A stretch of DNA of 64,000 bases from a candidate division WOR-3 bacterium (GCA_039802265.1 JBDRWI010000002.1:1-64000), one strand, 5' to 3'; positions 20,618-30,516 are shown, counted from the first letter of the stretch. The notes: generated by a model not told the origin, from the letters alone. Made by a program: numbers and translations.

Positions 20618-22174
20618 ATGGAAGAACGGCTGAAGAAATTGCAGAAGCTGAAGGAATTGAACATCAACGCCTATCCTTACCGGTTTGATAGAACCCATAC
20701 ATTCTCCCAGATAAAAGGAAAATTTGAAGAACTCTCAAATTCACAATTCAGGGTCAAAACAGCGGGAAGAATAATTGCTATCCGGGGACATGGGAGGACC
20801 ATATTTGCCACCTTAAATGATGAAAATGAAAACATTCAGGTCTATCTAAGAGAGGCAGACCTTAAAGAAGATTTTGCGCTCTTTGAAAACTTTGATATCG
20901 GTGACTTTATTGGTGTGGAAGGTAAGGTCTTCAAGACACGGACCGGTGAAATAACCATCCTTGTGGAAAGTTTCGTACTCCTTGCAAAATCACTACGACC
21001 GCTACCTGAGAAATGGCACGGATTAGAAGATATAGAAATCAGATATCGTAAAAGATACCTTGATTTAATTGCGGATACGGTTATTTTCAAGTGTAACGAT
21101 TGCGGCCATGAATTCGCCTGTGTGGAAGTCGGCGAAATAAGATGCCCAGCGAGAAAGGATAAAACCACTAATGAAAGATGTGGTTCTAAAAATATTAGAA
21201 AAATCTCAATGAGTCCGCGCGAGGTATTCAAAATGCGTTCAAAGGTCATCTCACTTCTCCGAGATTTTTTTAATAACCGAGGATTTCTTGAAGTAGAAAC
21301 CCCTGTCTTACAGCCAATATACGGTGGGGCATCTGCCCGGCCTTTCAAGACTTATTATAATGCCCTTGACCAGGAAATGTACTTACGAATTGCTGATGAA
21401 CTTTACCTGAAAAGATTAATTGTTGGTGGATATGAGAAGGTATGGGAATTATGCAAGGATTTCCGGAATGAGGGGCTTGATAGATTTCATAATCCAGAAT
21501 TTACAATGATTGAGGCATATCAGGCATACACAGATTATAACGGAATGATGGAACTGGTTGAAGAATTGATGGAATATCTGGTTAGAAATCTTTATTCTGA
21601 TTACAGAATTTCTTTTCAGGGAGAAAGCGTAGAAATAAAGAGACCATTTACAAGGATAAAATATACTGAAGTATTGAGTGAAAAACTGGGTGTTGATATA
21701 CTCAAGATTTCCGAAAAAGAACTAAATGATTTATGCACAAGATATGGGATAAAAACAGAAGGTCAGGCAATCGGATACAAGATTGATAAGTTATTCAGTG
21801 AACTCGTCCAGAGAGATTTGATTGAACCGACCTTTGTTATTGATTATCCTAAAATAATTTCGCCCCTGGCAAAGGAACATCGGAATAATCCTTCGCTTGT
21901 GGAAAGATTTGAACTGGTTATTTTTGGTTTAGAGATTGCCAATGCCTTCTCAGAGTTGAATAACCCGATAGAGCAGCGTAAGAGATTTGAGGAACAGCTT
22001 GCATATAAAGAAGAAGGAATTGCGGAGATAGACGAGGACTTTCTTGAGGCACTTGAATATGGAATGCCGCCGACCGGAGGACTTGGTATAGGGGTGGACC
22101 GCCTGTGTATGATTCTTTTAAACCAGTCATCAATCCGGGATGTAATTCTGTTTCCTCAATTGAGAAGGGTGTAA
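20618..22174 (+). CDS. lysS: Lysine--tRNA ligase (class II) with Cys4 insertion
   Basis: OB domain, PLPEKWHGL, RYRKRYLDLI, FLEVETP, FRNEG..HNPEFT, YGMPPTGGLGIGVDRL. Confidence 0.97.
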   Translation: MEERLKKLQKLKELNINAYPYRFDRTHTFSQIKGKFEELSNSQFRVKTAGRIIAIRGHGRTIFATLNDENENIQVYLREADLKEDFALFENFDIGDFIGVEGKVFKTRTGEITILVESFVLLAKSLRPLPEKWHGLEDIEIRYRKRYLDLIADTVIFKCNDCGHEFACVEVGEIRCPARKDKTTNERCGSKNIRKISMSPREVFKMRSKVISLLRDFFNNRGFLEVETPVLQPIYGGASARPFKTYYNALDQEMYLRIADELYLKRLIVGGYEKVWELCKDFRNEGLDRFHNPEFTMIEAYQAYTDYNGMMELVEELMEYLVRNLYSDYRISFQGESVEIKRPFTRIKYTEVLSEKLGVDILKISEKELNDLCTRYGIKTEGQAIGYKIDKLFSELVQRDLIEPTFVIDYPKIISPLAKEHRNNPSLVERFELVIFGLEIANAFSELNNPIEQRKRFEEQLAYKEEGIAEIDEDFLEALEYGMPPTGGLGIGVDRLCMILLNQSSIRDVILFPQLRRV

Positions 22175-23373
22175 TGAACACTGAAGTCTTTGTTGCACAA
22201 CGGTATCTACTGTCAAGAAATCGCAAATTTTTTTCTCTCTCCGCCTCCATCGCCATTGGTGGGATTTTTGTTGGGGTTAGTGCTTTGCTCATTACCCTTT
22301 CAATAATGAATGGATTCCAGAATGAATTGCGGCGAAGAATTCTCGGGGGGACCCCACACATAATAGTCCGGCGATTTTTTAATGAGCCTCTTGTTGAATA
22401 TCGTGAGATCATGGAGAAGTTAGAAAATTTCCATTTTATTAAGGCAAAGGCACCATTTATAATCACCAAATCCCTGGTCCGGAATAGGAGGAGTGTCGAT
22501 GGCGTGATAATCAAGGGAGTTGAAAGTGAGCTTGAGAAAGGAATTACTGAGGTGGGGAAAAATATTATTGATGGTGCTTTTGATTTAGAAGAGGGTTGTG
22601 TTATTGGAGTTGAACTCGCCCGGAGCCTGAAGGCAAGTGTTGGAGATACCCTGATAATAACCTCTCCTTTCGTTGAGCAACTCGGGCTATTGCCGCGTTC
22701 CAAAAGAGTTATACTTAAAGGAATCTTTGATTTGGGTATGTATGATTATAATTCAACGATTTTATATATGAATATCAAGGATGTTCAGGTACTATTTGAA
22801 ATGCAGAACGCGGTTAGCGGTATTGAGTTGAGAGTGGATGATGTGTATAAGGCACCATATTACTCAAAGATTATTGAAAAGGAAGTCGGTTATCCCTATC
22901 TGGTTCAGGATTGGGTTAAGACCAATCATTCAGTTTTCGCGGCATTAAAATTAGAAAAGATTGTAACATTTATTGTTCTGACACTGATTGTGGTTGTTGC
23001 TGGATTCAACATCGTAGGAATGCTTGTGAACATTGTTAAAAAAAAGGTGAAGGAGATAGGTATACTTCGTTCATTTGGTTTCACTGCAAATCAGATTATG
23101 AAGATTTTCATATATTTAGGAACAATTATGGGATTTATTGGGACGGGAATGGGTGTTTTCTTTTCTTTTTTTGCCTGTCTTTTGCTTAACCAATATCGTT
23201 TTGTAAATTTACCCGGAGATGTCTATTTTATTCAGACCCTTCCGGTTGAGATGTCACTTGTAGATTTTATTGTCGTAGCTGGTGCAGCAATAATGATAAG
23301 TTTTTTTGCTACAATCTATCCGGCAATCAGGGCTGCGCGGCTTGTGACGGTTGAGGCATTGAGGAATGAGTGA
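22174..23373 (+). CDS. lolE: Lipoprotein-releasing ABC transporter permease LolC/E
   Basis: GIFVGVSALLITLSIMNGF, KEIGILRSFG, ATIYPAIRAA; ATG overlaps the lysS TAA. Confidence 0.88.
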   Translation: MNTEVFVAQRYLLSRNRKFFSLSASIAIGGIFVGVSALLITLSIMNGFQNELRRRILGGTPHIIVRRFFNEPLVEYREIMEKLENFHFIKAKAPFIITKSLVRNRRSVDGVIIKGVESELEKGITEVGKNIIDGAFDLEEGCVIGVELARSLKASVGDTLIITSPFVEQLGLLPRSKRVILKGIFDLGMYDYNSTILYMNIKDVQVLFEMQNAVSGIELRVDDVYKAPYYSKIIEKEVGYPYLVQDWVKTNHSVFAALKLEKIVTFIVLTLIVVVAGFNIVGMLVNIVKKKVKEIGILRSFGFTANQIMKIFIYLGTIMGFIGTGMGVFFSFFACLLLNQYRFVNLPGDVYFIQTLPVEMSLVDFIVVAGAAIMISFFATIYPAIRAARLVTVEALRNE

Positions 23374-24040
23374 GATTCTATTAGCAGAAGGGATTCATAA
23401 GACCTATTATTTGAAAAACGAGGTAATCCATGTCTTACGCGGTGTTGATCTCGTGGTTAAAAGGGGTAGTTTTGTGGTAATCTATGGCCCATCGGGAAGT
23501 GGTAAATCTACTCTTTTAAATATTCTGGGGAGTCTTGACAAACCGACCAGCGGTAGGGTAATTTTTGATTCCTGTGTTCTCTTTAATCATAGCGATGCGG
23601 AACTATCACAAATTAGAAATAAAAAAATTGGATTTGTCTTTCAATTCCATTATCTTTTACCTGAATTTACTGCACTGGAGAATATAGCCCTGCCAGCACT
23701 ATTAAACGGAACTCCAAAAAGGGATGCCTATAAAAAGGCAGCGGAACTTTTAGAAGTTTTAGGAATGGCGGATAAGAGAACCCGTCGTCCCGACGAATTG
23801 TCAGGTGGTGAAAGGCAACGGGTGGCGATTGCCCGTGCCCTCATTAATGAACCAATCTTGATCCTTGCGGATGAGCCGAGCGGTAACCTTGATGAGGAAA
23901 ATAAGAATAAACTGATGGATGTTTTTATCGATCTAAAAAATAAGGACCGGGCAATTGTTCTGGTTACTCATTCACTGGATATTGCAAAGTTAGGGACTGA
24001 GGTGTATAATTTGAAAGAAGGCAGGTTACATGTTATGTGA
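23366..24040 (+). CDS. lolD: Lipoprotein-releasing ABC transporter ATPase
   Basis: [44 protein letters not shown]. Confidence 0.92.
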   Translation: MSEILLAEGIHKTYYLKNEVIHVLRGVDLVVKRGSFVVIYGPSGSGKSTLLNILGSLDKPTSGRVIFDSCVLFNHSDAELSQIRNKKIGFVFQFHYLLPEFTALENIALPALLNGTPKRDAYKKAAELLEVLGMADKRTRRPDELSGGERQRVAIARALINEPILILADEPSGNLDEENKNKLMDVFIDLKNKDRAIVLVTHSLDIAKLGTEVYNLKEGRLHVM

Positions 24041-24506
24041 TGATTGTAAAAAAAATCCGGCATCCATCTATTTTAAGGATGCCTCCTACGGAAAGATTAA
24101 AGAGTTGCATCTTTGTGAGGAATGTGCTAAGAAGCGAGGAATTCTCTTAGATAAAAAGCTTTCTCCCCTTGAGGTTCTTCAAAAATTGTTGAAGGAATAT
24201 AACCGCCAGGATGAGCAGATAATCTGTCCGGTTTGCTTTTTGTCTCTTGCGGAATTTAAAAAGTTTGGAAGATTTGGCTGTAGTAATTGTATTGCGGTCT
24301 TTGAGCCCTATATCAAAAATCTTATCAAAGAGGTCCAGGAGAGCAATCGCCATATTGGAAAGAGACCTGGAAGCAGGCAACATAAGGCGCTTGAGATATT
24401 TAAACTGCGTGAAGAATTGAGAAAGGCACTGGAAAAAGAGGCTTATGAAGAGGCGGCAAAGATAAGGGACCGATTAAAGGAATTGGGATTCGAGAATGTT
24501 GAATAA
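24030..24506 (+). CDS. mcsA: Protein-arginine kinase activator McsA
   Basis: Four CxxC motifs plus C-terminal UVR motif EAYEEAAKIRD. Confidence 0.9.
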   Translation: MLCDDCKKNPASIYFKDASYGKIKELHLCEECAKKRGILLDKKLSPLEVLQKLLKEYNRQDEQIICPVCFLSLAEFKKFGRFGCSNCIAVFEPYIKNLIKEVQESNRHIGKRPGSRQHKALEIFKLREELRKALEKEAYEEAAKIRDRLKELGFENVE

Positions 24507-25536
24507 TATTAAGTGGTTAATATCACCCGAGATGGCAGAAAACTGCGAGGAAAAGGAAATCGTTGTATCAACGCGGATAAGACTGGCTCGGAATCTTGCA
24601 GGAATTCCCTTTGAAATAAAAATGAAACAGAAGGATGCCGAATATCTAATTCAAGTAGTGCAATCAACAATAACCGGGAAATTAAAGGGAAGATATCTCT
24701 TGATTCAGAAACTTACACCACTTGAGCGGGAATCACTCCTTGAATCGCACCTCGTCTCTCCAACATTTGTGAAGGCTGATCGCCCATCAGCCGTATTTAT
24801 CAGCGAGAAAGGAGATATTTCAATAATGGTTAACGAAGAAGACCATCTGAGAATACAGGGGCTTGCCTGTGGGCTCTCTCTAACGAATACCCTTCTATCG
24901 GTCTTTGAGGTGGAGGAATTCCTTGGTGAAAGCCTTGGCTATGCCTTTAGTGAGGAATATGGTTTTATCACTTCCTGTCCTACCAATTTAGGTACCGGTA
25001 TGAGGGTTTCGGTTCTGCTCCATCTGCCAGGGCTTGTTTACACAAACGAAGTAGATAAAATTTTAAAGAGTGCTGTTAATCTTGGAATGGCCGTGCGCGG
25101 ACTGTTTGGAGAAGGAACTGAAATAAAGGGTAATCTCTTCCAGATATCAAATCAAAGAACCCTTGGATATACCGAGGAAGAGTTGGTTCAGAATATCAAT
25201 AAATTCACGAAGATGGTGATCGATGTGGAGAAAAAGACAAGGAATCTAATCTATGAAAAGGCAAGGTATGAATTTGAAGACAAAATCTACAGAAGTCTGG
25301 CAATACTTACCTCAGCCAGGATTCTCAGTAGTGATGAGACGCTGGGGCTTCTCTCTGCAGTCAGGCTGGGTATCGGTATGGGAATAATCAAAAATATTAG
25401 TATAGATACAATAAATGAGATTATGCTTGTATCAAGGCCCGGTAACATCCAGTTCTATTTTGGCGAAATTCTTGAAGAGGAAGAACGGGATGTCAAACGG
25501 GCAGAGTATGTGCGTAAAAAACTACAGCCAAATTAA
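24496..25536 (+). CDS. mcsB: Protein arginine kinase McsB
   Basis: STRIRLARN, MVNEEDHLRIQ, TSCPTNLGTGMR, FQISNQRTLG. Confidence 0.93.
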   Translation: MLNNIKWLISPEMAENCEEKEIVVSTRIRLARNLAGIPFEIKMKQKDAEYLIQVVQSTITGKLKGRYLLIQKLTPLERESLLESHLVSPTFVKADRPSAVFISEKGDISIMVNEEDHLRIQGLACGLSLTNTLLSVFEVEEFLGESLGYAFSEEYGFITSCPTNLGTGMRVSVLLHLPGLVYTNEVDKILKSAVNLGMAVRGLFGEGTEIKGNLFQISNQRTLGYTEEELVQNINKFTKMVIDVEKKTRNLIYEKARYEFEDKIYRSLAILTSARILSSDETLGLLSAVRLGIGMGIIKNISIDTINEIMLVSRPGNIQFYFGEILEEEERDVKRAEYVRKKLQPN

Positions 25537-25543
25537 TTGGTTC

Positions 25544-25634
25544 TGCACAAAAATTATGCAATAGCCACAAATTTGCAACACCTATAACAACTTTTTCCTG
25601 ATATTTCAAAATAAATTCGGGCATAACAATTGCA
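25544..25634 (+). promoter_or_regulatory. Putative sigma54 -24/-12 promoter with upstream NtrC-like palindrome
   Basis: GGGCATAACAATTGCA (GG-N10-GC) at 25619-25634; TGCACAAAAATTATGCA at 25544-25560. Confidence 0.55.
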
Positions 25635-25721
25635 TTATAAATGGATAGAGAAGGCAAAATGGTAAGGGTCCTTTTTTCCTTCAAGGAAGGGGACCAGAAG
25701 CCAAGGTGAAAGGAGGTAATA

Positions 25722-26345
25722 ATGTCTTTGCGACCTAAAATCAAACCGGTTGTTTTAGTTATTGCTTGGGTCGGTTTATTCGGCAGCAGTTTATTTGCTA
25801 TTGAAATTAAGCCGAAGGACAAAAGGGATGAGGTCTTGATAAAAGAACCGATTGAGACCGGGGTCTTTGGCGGTATGAATATTAAGCTTACTGAGATTAA
25901 CAATACCGATGCCTGGCTTTTTGGTTTTAAAGGTGGAATAATTGCAAATCATACTTTTTCCATCGGTGGTGGGATTTATGGTCTTGCCCACCATATAACG
26001 GTAGAAACTGAATATCCATTAAGGAACTACTACATTGAATTTGGCTACGGTGGGTTGACATTGGAATTGATTCTTGGTTCAAGGAAAATGATTCATCCTG
26101 GTGTAAATTTTCTTGTCGGTGGCGGTAGTATATGTTACTGCGATAGGTTTTATGAACCATGGTACAGAGATGTCTTTTTTGTCCTTGAGTCATCGGCTGA
26201 GATTACCCTGAATGTAACAAGATGTCTGAGGATAGATTTCGGCGGTTCACACCGGTACATCAATGGCGTTAAACTTTCGGGGATAAGCGACAGGGGTTTG
26301 AGCGGTTTTTCAGGCTATATTACACTCAAGTTTGGAAGATTCTGA
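25722..26345 (+). CDS. Putative outer-membrane beta-barrel protein
   Basis: AAGGAGG RBS, signal peptide, alternating Gly/aromatic strands, C-terminal ITLKFGRF. Confidence 0.7.
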   Translation: MSLRPKIKPVVLVIAWVGLFGSSLFAIEIKPKDKRDEVLIKEPIETGVFGGMNIKLTEINNTDAWLFGFKGGIIANHTFSIGGGIYGLAHHITVETEYPLRNYYIEFGYGGLTLELILGSRKMIHPGVNFLVGGGSICYCDRFYEPWYRDVFFVLESSAEITLNVTRCLRIDFGGSHRYINGVKLSGISDRGLSGFSGYITLKFGRF

Positions 26346-26396
26346 AAATAAAATCTTGACTTTAACGGCTAATTGAGTATAATGGTTCTGAATTAT

Positions 26397-26467
26397 TGGG
26401 GGATCGTCTAATGGTAGGACAGTTGGCTCTGGACCAACCGGTCGGGGTTCAAATCCCTGTCCCCCAG
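26397..26467 (+). tRNA. tRNA-Gln(CTG)
   Basis: Acceptor TGGGGGA/TCCCCCA, anticodon arm GTTGG-CTCTGGA-CCAAC; promoter TTGACT-N16-TATAAT at 26356-26383. Confidence 0.95.
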
Positions 26468-26476
26468 TAATCTAAA

Positions 26477-27763
26477 CTACTGTCTTGAAATTAAGGATTT
26501 AACCATTTTGTAAATTTCTGGTTTCTTTCCGGTATAATACCAGGTATAAAAATGGTTGTTGTGGTATAAGGGGTCAGTATTCATATTAAATCCCGTCTTA
26601 TCAAATTCAACCGTATAGGGAATGGGTGAGAATTCACACAGGTGGGGATGGACGCCAAGGCTATGGCATAGCTCTATTCCATCCACTATTTCTTCATAAG
26701 ATTGCCCAGGGAGTCCATACAGAAGATAGACATGGAGCTGACTTGATGAAAATCCGGTTTTTTTTAGAATTTCTACCGCATTTAAGAATTCAGCTGTTGT
26801 GACTTTATTCCCGGTCTTCTGTTGCACCCCTGGATTTGTCGTTTCAAGGCTGAGATAGATTGTCTTAAAGTTTGCCTTAAACATCAATCGGGCAATTTTT
26901 TCATTAATAAACCGACAATGGAGCCCATTGGAACTATGGAGATTCAAATTCAGTCCTCTATTTATTATTTCTCCAAGAAACACAGGAAAGGTTGGATTAC
27001 AAAGTAATGCGTCATCAAAAAATGCAATATTTTTTGTTTTTGAAGCAAAATTCTCAATTTGTTTAAGTAAAAGTTTAATATCAAAAGTATCGTATTTAGG
27101 ATATAGGGTTCGTGTTGCACAATAAGTGCAATTGAACGGGCATCCCCTTGAGGTTATTGCAACCCCATAGTTTAGAGATTCGTATAACGAAAAATCGGGT
27201 AAGAGATTTTTCGTTTCAACAAATTTTTTTATGTACCCCTTTCCCTGAAGAAATTTGATTAATTCGGTTTCTGCCGGACCCGAAATGATATAATCAGCAC
27301 CAGCGTTGTTCTCTGCATGTTTTCGGCAAAGGGTAGCATAAAGTCCACCAAGAATAATTGGAATTTTCGGGAAATTTTCCTTTAAGAGTCTTATCGCCTC
27401 AAACACACCTAAGTACCAGTAGGTCATTGAAGAGGTGATAAAAATCAGATCGGGTGTTTCTATCTTTTTTATCCTGGCTATGAAAATTTCCCTGGGAATG
27501 CCATATCTCTTGTATCTCCTAGGCACATTTTTGTAAACCGTTGGTTTTTCAACAACCTCGCAATGGTATTTTCCCCGACCATAACTATCGGTTCTGGTCT
27601 GGGTCTTAAAATAAGGGCTTAGGCGATCCATACAGTCAATAAATTCAATCTCAAAGCCAATTTCTTTTAAAATCCTTGCTACAATCAAAAGTCCCAGGGG
27701 TTTGTTCCAGAAGTCAAATGCCTTAAAATCATAGATCCAGGGATTAACTAAAAGTGCCCGCAT
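26477..27763 (-). CDS. Cobalamin-binding radical SAM protein
   Basis: KPLGLL, IILGGLYAT, TSRGCPFNCTYC, FFDDAL; promoter at 27769-27796 on the minus strand. Confidence 0.88.
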   Translation of the reverse strand: MRALLVNPWIYDFKAFDFWNKPLGLLIVARILKEIGFEIEFIDCMDRLSPYFKTQTRTDSYGRGKYHCEVVEKPTVYKNVPRRYKRYGIPREIFIARIKKIETPDLIFITSSMTYWYLGVFEAIRLLKENFPKIPIILGGLYATLCRKHAENNAGADYIISGPAETELIKFLQGKGYIKKFVETKNLLPDFSLYESLNYGVAITSRGCPFNCTYCATRTLYPKYDTFDIKLLLKQIENFASKTKNIAFFDDALLCNPTFPVFLGEIINRGLNLNLHSSNGLHCRFINEKIARLMFKANFKTIYLSLETTNPGVQQKTGNKVTTAEFLNAVEILKKTGFSSSQLHVYLLYGLPGQSYEEIVDGIELCHSLGVHPHLCEFSPIPYTVEFDKTGFNMNTDPLYHNNHFYTWYYTGKKPEIYKMVKSLISRQ

Positions 27764-27848
27764 TGCCAATTTTATTCATTGCGTAAATTAAGTCAATGTG
27801 CGAGAAGTAAATCATTGACACCTGATTATATTTGTTTATAATCTAATT

Positions 27849-28196
27849 ATGAAAAAAGGTTTTTTGCGAACATACGGTATCGTTGCGCTCCTCATATCAG
27901 TAGCGATTGTCGGGGTGCTTGTATATCGGAGCGGTAATGTATATACCAAAAAGGATAGGATGATTAGCACGCCGGTTTCAACCTTAGAAAGGACATACGC
28001 CTTAGATTGCCAGATGCGAATTAGAAAGATAGAAGATGCAATTCAAATGTATTATGCCGAGTATGGTAAATATCCGGATATGCTCAGTGATTTAACAGCA
28101 ATTAAGATTGATGAAACTTATTGCCCGGTCAGTGGCGAGGCATATATATACGACCCCAATAGGGGAACTGTAATATGCCCTAAACATAGAAGATAG
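27849..28196 (+). CDS. Pilin/pseudopilin-like small protein
   Basis: MKKGF plus hydrophobic helix; GspG-like IEDAIQMYYAEYGKYP..L..L; CP..Y.YDP..G.V.CP.H. Confidence 0.55.
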   Translation: MKKGFLRTYGIVALLISVAIVGVLVYRSGNVYTKKDRMISTPVSTLERTYALDCQMRIRKIEDAIQMYYAEYGKYPDMLSDLTAIKIDETYCPVSGEAYIYDPNRGTVICPKHRR

Positions 28197-28206
28197 CGAG
28201 GAGGTA

Positions 28207-28953
28207 ATGAAATTTTTGAGCCGGATTTATATAAAGGTCATTCAGCTATGGTATCTGGTTATTATCCTTTTGACCTTAAACTGTCCGCCTATGGTCTATT
28301 CACCCCATGCCCAAAATGAGATTATCAGACCCCTCAATCAAGGTAGTGAAATACATGAAATTGGTGGTGCATTTGCCTATAATAAATGGATTGTAGAAGA
28401 AAAACCTGATACTGTATATCTAAAAACTTACCCGAATGAAAGTTTCAGTTTCTTTCATAATGCAAATGCAGAAGGAAAGAGTTTTTGTGGGTTTGGTGGC
28501 ATTGAACTTATTGGTTTTCCACTTCAATGGTGGAACGGTAATTCCTCGGGCTTCATACTCTGGCTCAAACCACGCTTTGGGTTCCAATATTGTGGAGATG
28601 TGACCACTTTTAGACTATGTCTTTTACCCTTAAATTTTTATCTTGCGCTTGAAAATGGGGATTATGGTATTGGCGGTGGACCGTCAATATTTGATTTTTA
28701 TCAACTTTCCCTTTTGCTTCATAACTATAAACCGACAAAGAACATATACTGGATTGGTCTCAGGAATTCATCAAGTGCCGTGGGGATAGTGGTGGGTGGT
28801 GAATTTGGCGCAAGTTCTAACTATCTTTTAAGAGGGGAGTATAGTTATCTCATTAGGACCCCTTATTCACTCCTTATCACGGGAGAAGATTTTGAGTCCA
28901 TTCGCGGCTCGGTTCATTATGTCACAATCGGTCTCTTCAGGGGGATGCGGTGA
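28207..28953 (+). CDS. Hypothetical exported/lipoprotein
   Basis: GAGGAGG RBS; hydrophobic stretch ending LTLNC; beta-strand-rich. Confidence 0.6.
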   Translation: MKFLSRIYIKVIQLWYLVIILLTLNCPPMVYSPHAQNEIIRPLNQGSEIHEIGGAFAYNKWIVEEKPDTVYLKTYPNESFSFFHNANAEGKSFCGFGGIELIGFPLQWWNGNSSGFILWLKPRFGFQYCGDVTTFRLCLLPLNFYLALENGDYGIGGGPSIFDFYQLSLLLHNYKPTKNIYWIGLRNSSSAVGIVVGGEFGASSNYLLRGEYSYLIRTPYSLLITGEDFESIRGSVHYVTIGLFRGMR

Positions 28954-28987
28954 TTTATTTATTGTAAGGACAGGGATTTATAGAGAA

Positions 28988-30448
28988 TCAGGCAAGGCAG
29001 AGCGAAACTATATGGGCAAGGCTCTCTAAGTTGTCAATGAATAGTTTAAAGAATTCTGAACTTGGGAAGATGCTTGATAAAAGCTTTGCTGCTAAAGGAG
29101 CAGACTCTTCAGGAGGAAGACAGTAATGCATCTTTAAAAACTGAGAGCGGTACCTTTTTATCTCCTCTTTTACATTCTTATTTCTGATAATCACATCACC
29201 AATGAATTCGGCAAGGGGACCGAAATCATTTTCCTTCATTCCGAACCTTGTCATCTCCTGGACACCCATTCTTATGCCACTTGCCGAAAGAAAACTCTCG
29301 TCGTCAGGCAGTGCCTGATAATTGGTGATGATATTGTTATCCTCAAGCCGCCGGGCAAGTTCGTTTCCAGTACCATATTTTTTAATCCTAATTACAACCT
29401 GGTGCGTCTCGGTGAAGCCTTCTCTTTCATCACCTTCAACATCAATGCCACAATCCTTTAATGCCCGGGCAAATGCCTTGGCATTCTTCTGAACCTGAGC
29501 TTGATACTCTTTCTTAAATGCATTCATCTCATATGTCGCCATTAATAGTGCTAAAAGCGTCCCAAGGTGGTGATTGCTTGTCGAACCAGGGAATGCCCGA
29601 CTCTTTATCTCTGTCCATAGTTTTGATAGGGGAGAGTCTTTGGTAATGGTCGAGGCGATGACACCCCGCTGGGGTCCAAAGAATGTCTTGTGGGTACTGC
29701 CCGTTACAATGTCTGCACCTTCTTTAAAAGGCTCCTGAAACGCACCGTAAAGTCCGAGCACATGTGCCATATCATACATTAATACCGGCCTGGGATTAAG
29801 GTCTTTGACAATATTATAGACGAATTCGACGGGCTCTTTATGCAGAAACATACTCTTACCGAAGACGATAAGTTCTGGTTTTTCCTTTTTTAAGATTTCA
29901 GCGATTCCATTTAAATCCGCCTTGTGCATACAGTCAGAACAAACCGGAAAGTTTATCACCCGTTCTTTCTGGGTTTTCGGGTCTTCTTCAACATAATTAA
30001 ATAAGGCACCCATTGGCTGGGAACTCAAGTGCCCACCTTTGTTCAGGTCATTATTCATAACCAATTTCAGGCGTCTGAATGGCTCATCGGCCCTGCGGTC
30101 CCGATTGATAAATTTTACCATTGCCTTGAATACCACTTCATTTGCCATCTGTCCGCTTATCGGTCTTAGTTCAATACTGGGACAATCAAAATACTCAGCC
30201 ATTTCTTTGCGCAATTCTTCTTCTATGTCCCGGATAAAATCGGTTCCCTGATAAAAGTATACTTCTTCGCCCTTCATCGTTCGGTGTTCTGCATACCTGC
30301 CAGCCGGATCTGAGATTTCACAGAGCTTAACCAAGAGACTGGGGGTGGTCTCAGATGGTATTAGATTAAAACATTCGCGCTGCCGCCAGATGTTATTATT
30401 TATTATTTTTTCTGCCAAAATTTCTATTTTTTCTTTTAATGTAGCCAA
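28988..30448 (-). CDS. glyA: Serine hydroxymethyltransferase (divergent type)
   Basis: NLIPSE, GGHLS, YDMAHVLGL, PLP lysine in GSTHKTFFGPQRG, AFPG..SNHH, SGIRMG. Confidence 0.85.
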   Translation of the reverse strand: MATLKEKIEILAEKIINNNIWRQRECFNLIPSETTPSLLVKLCEISDPAGRYAEHRTMKGEEVYFYQGTDFIRDIEEELRKEMAEYFDCPSIELRPISGQMANEVVFKAMVKFINRDRRADEPFRRLKLVMNNDLNKGGHLSSQPMGALFNYVEEDPKTQKERVINFPVCSDCMHKADLNGIAEILKKEKPELIVFGKSMFLHKEPVEFVYNIVKDLNPRPVLMYDMAHVLGLYGAFQEPFKEGADIVTGSTHKTFFGPQRGVIASTITKDSPLSKLWTEIKSRAFPGSTSNHHLGTLLALLMATYEMNAFKKEYQAQVQKNAKAFARALKDCGIDVEGDEREGFTETHQVVIRIKKYGTGNELARRLEDNNIITNYQALPDDESFLSASGIRMGVQEMTRFGMKENDFGPLAEFIGDVIIRNKNVKEEIKRYRSQFLKMHYCLPPEESAPLAAKLLSSIFPSSEFFKLFIDNLESLAHIVSLCLA

Positions 30449-30516
30449 TTATTCTCCCATTGAAAAACAGCTAACAAATTTAGTTCTAATATTCAGTAGC
30501 AATTTATTATAAGTTT

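Noticed and set aside
21074..21208. Intein or intron in lysS
   Set aside because: In frame, ~45 aa, no intein terminal residues and no splice-like structure.
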